This document shows positions 33,007 through 33,731 of a stretch of DNA of 33,731 nt, piece after piece; position 1 is the first letter of the stretch; every line of letters begins with the position of its first letter. The stretch is taken from contig JAPLML010000066.1 in the NCBI GenBank assembly GCA_026387055.1, positions 1 through 33,731 on the forward strand, in the 5' to 3' direction. The notes beneath the pieces were generated by a model. It did no database searches. It was not told where the DNA came from and saw nothing but the letters and a program-made list of their open reading frames with translations. Made by a program: the position numbers and the translations under genes. The DNA is from Planctomycetota bacterium (GTDB lineage Bacteria > Planctomycetota > Phycisphaerae > FEN-1346).

Positions 33007-33731
33007 ATGGCCGACACGGATTTTGACCAGAAACTCGAACAGTTCAAACGCGTCCGCGACCGCCTCGTCGCCGAGGTCGGCCACCGGATTATAGGCCAGC
33101 GCGAGGTGGTTGACCAGATGCTGGCCACCGTCTTCGTCGGCGGCCACTGCCTGCTGGTGGGCGTGCCGGGCCTGGCGAAGACGATGATGGTCCGCAGCCT
33201 GGCGGGGGCGCTCGACCTGGCGTTCAAGCGCATCCAGTTCACGCCCGACCTGATGCCCTCGGACATCACGGGGACGGACCTCGTGGACCAGGCGCCGGAC
33301 GGCCGGCGCGAGTTCCGCTTCGTGCCGGGGCCGCTCTTCGCCAACATCGTCCTGGCCGACGAGATCAACCGGGCCCCGCCGAAGACCCAGTCGGCCCTTC
33401 TGGAGGCGATGCAGGAACACCAGGTCACGGTCGGGCAGAAGACCCACGACCTGCCCCAGCCTTTCTTCGTCATCGCCACGCAGAACCCCATTGAGCAGGA
33501 GGGCACGTACCCCCTGCCCGAGGCCCAACTGGACCGGTTTCTTTTCTGCATCCACGTGCCGTACCCGACCGCGGCCGAAGAGGAGCACATCCTGATGGTC
33601 CCGACGGGCATCTCGACCGAGCCGGCTGCGCCGGTGGTGGGCATCGAGCACATCCGGGCCCTGCAGGAGGCCGTGCTGGCCGTGCCGGTGTCGAAGTACG
33701 TTGTGGCCTATACGGCCAAGCTGGTGCGTGC
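33007..33731 (+). CDS. MoxR-family AAA+ ATPase (partial; continues beyond window end)
   Basis: Absent from the ORF track (no stop in-window). Hand translation: [66 protein letters not shown]...[28 protein letters not shown]...[22 protein letters not shown]. Walker A and B and the sensor region are typical of MoxR. Confidence 0.9.
   Translation, partial: MADTDFDQKLEQFKRVRDRLVAEVGHRIIGQREVVDQMLATVFVGGHCLLVGVPGLAKTMMVRSLAGALDLAFKRIQFTPDLMPSDITGTDLVDQAPDGRREFRFVPGPLFANIVLADEINRAPPKTQSALLEAMQEHQVTVGQKTHDLPQPFFVIATQNPIEQEGTYPLPEAQLDRFLFCIHVPYPTAAEEEHILMVPTGISTEPAAPVVGIEHIRALQEAVLAVPVSKYVVAYTAKLVR

Overview
GC-rich bacterial chromosomal segment. The gene content (tandem Ser/Thr kinases, HEAT-repeat protein, Tat-signal TIM-barrel isomerase, DUF4159/MoxR genes) suggests a Planctomycetota/PVC-type genome, but that is inference only. 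Calls rest on hand translation and motif recognition; no searches were run.

Gene order:
- 1-4594 (-): group-3b-like [NiFe] hydrogenase operon (alpha, delta, gamma, beta) preceded by a CheY-like receiver.
- 4849-7278 (-): an ORF6N gene, a decayed hypE and a Kv-type K+ channel.
- 7302-14654: a phage-derived island. It holds a CI/LexA-like repressor divergent from a sigma-region-4-like regulator, an ASCH gene, a translationally coupled ABC-ATPase/GNAT-like/TerS-like/ParB-like block, TerL, and a convergent PLD-family gene. There are no portal, capsid, tail, integrase or replication genes.
- 14760-18241 (-): two tandem Ser/Thr kinases, one interrupted at a C7 tract.
- 18460-28397: TIM-barrel isomerase, a 1433-aa BadF/BcrA-type activase fusion, a HEAT-repeat protein, a hydrogenase maturation protease, an SDR and a BioF-like synthase.
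- 28493-33731: sugar ABC binding protein and permease, a DUF4159-type protein and a partial MoxR ATPase.

Most unusual observation: at least three families of short structured repeats are scattered through the window. One consists of arrays of GCGGAnT heptamers facing AnTCCGC heptamers across a loop. It sits in-frame inside three consecutive coding genes (GNAT-like, ParB-like, TerL) without breaking them. This resembles the Rickettsia palindromic elements.

Several very long ORFs in the supplied track are antisense artefacts of high GC content and were rejected.
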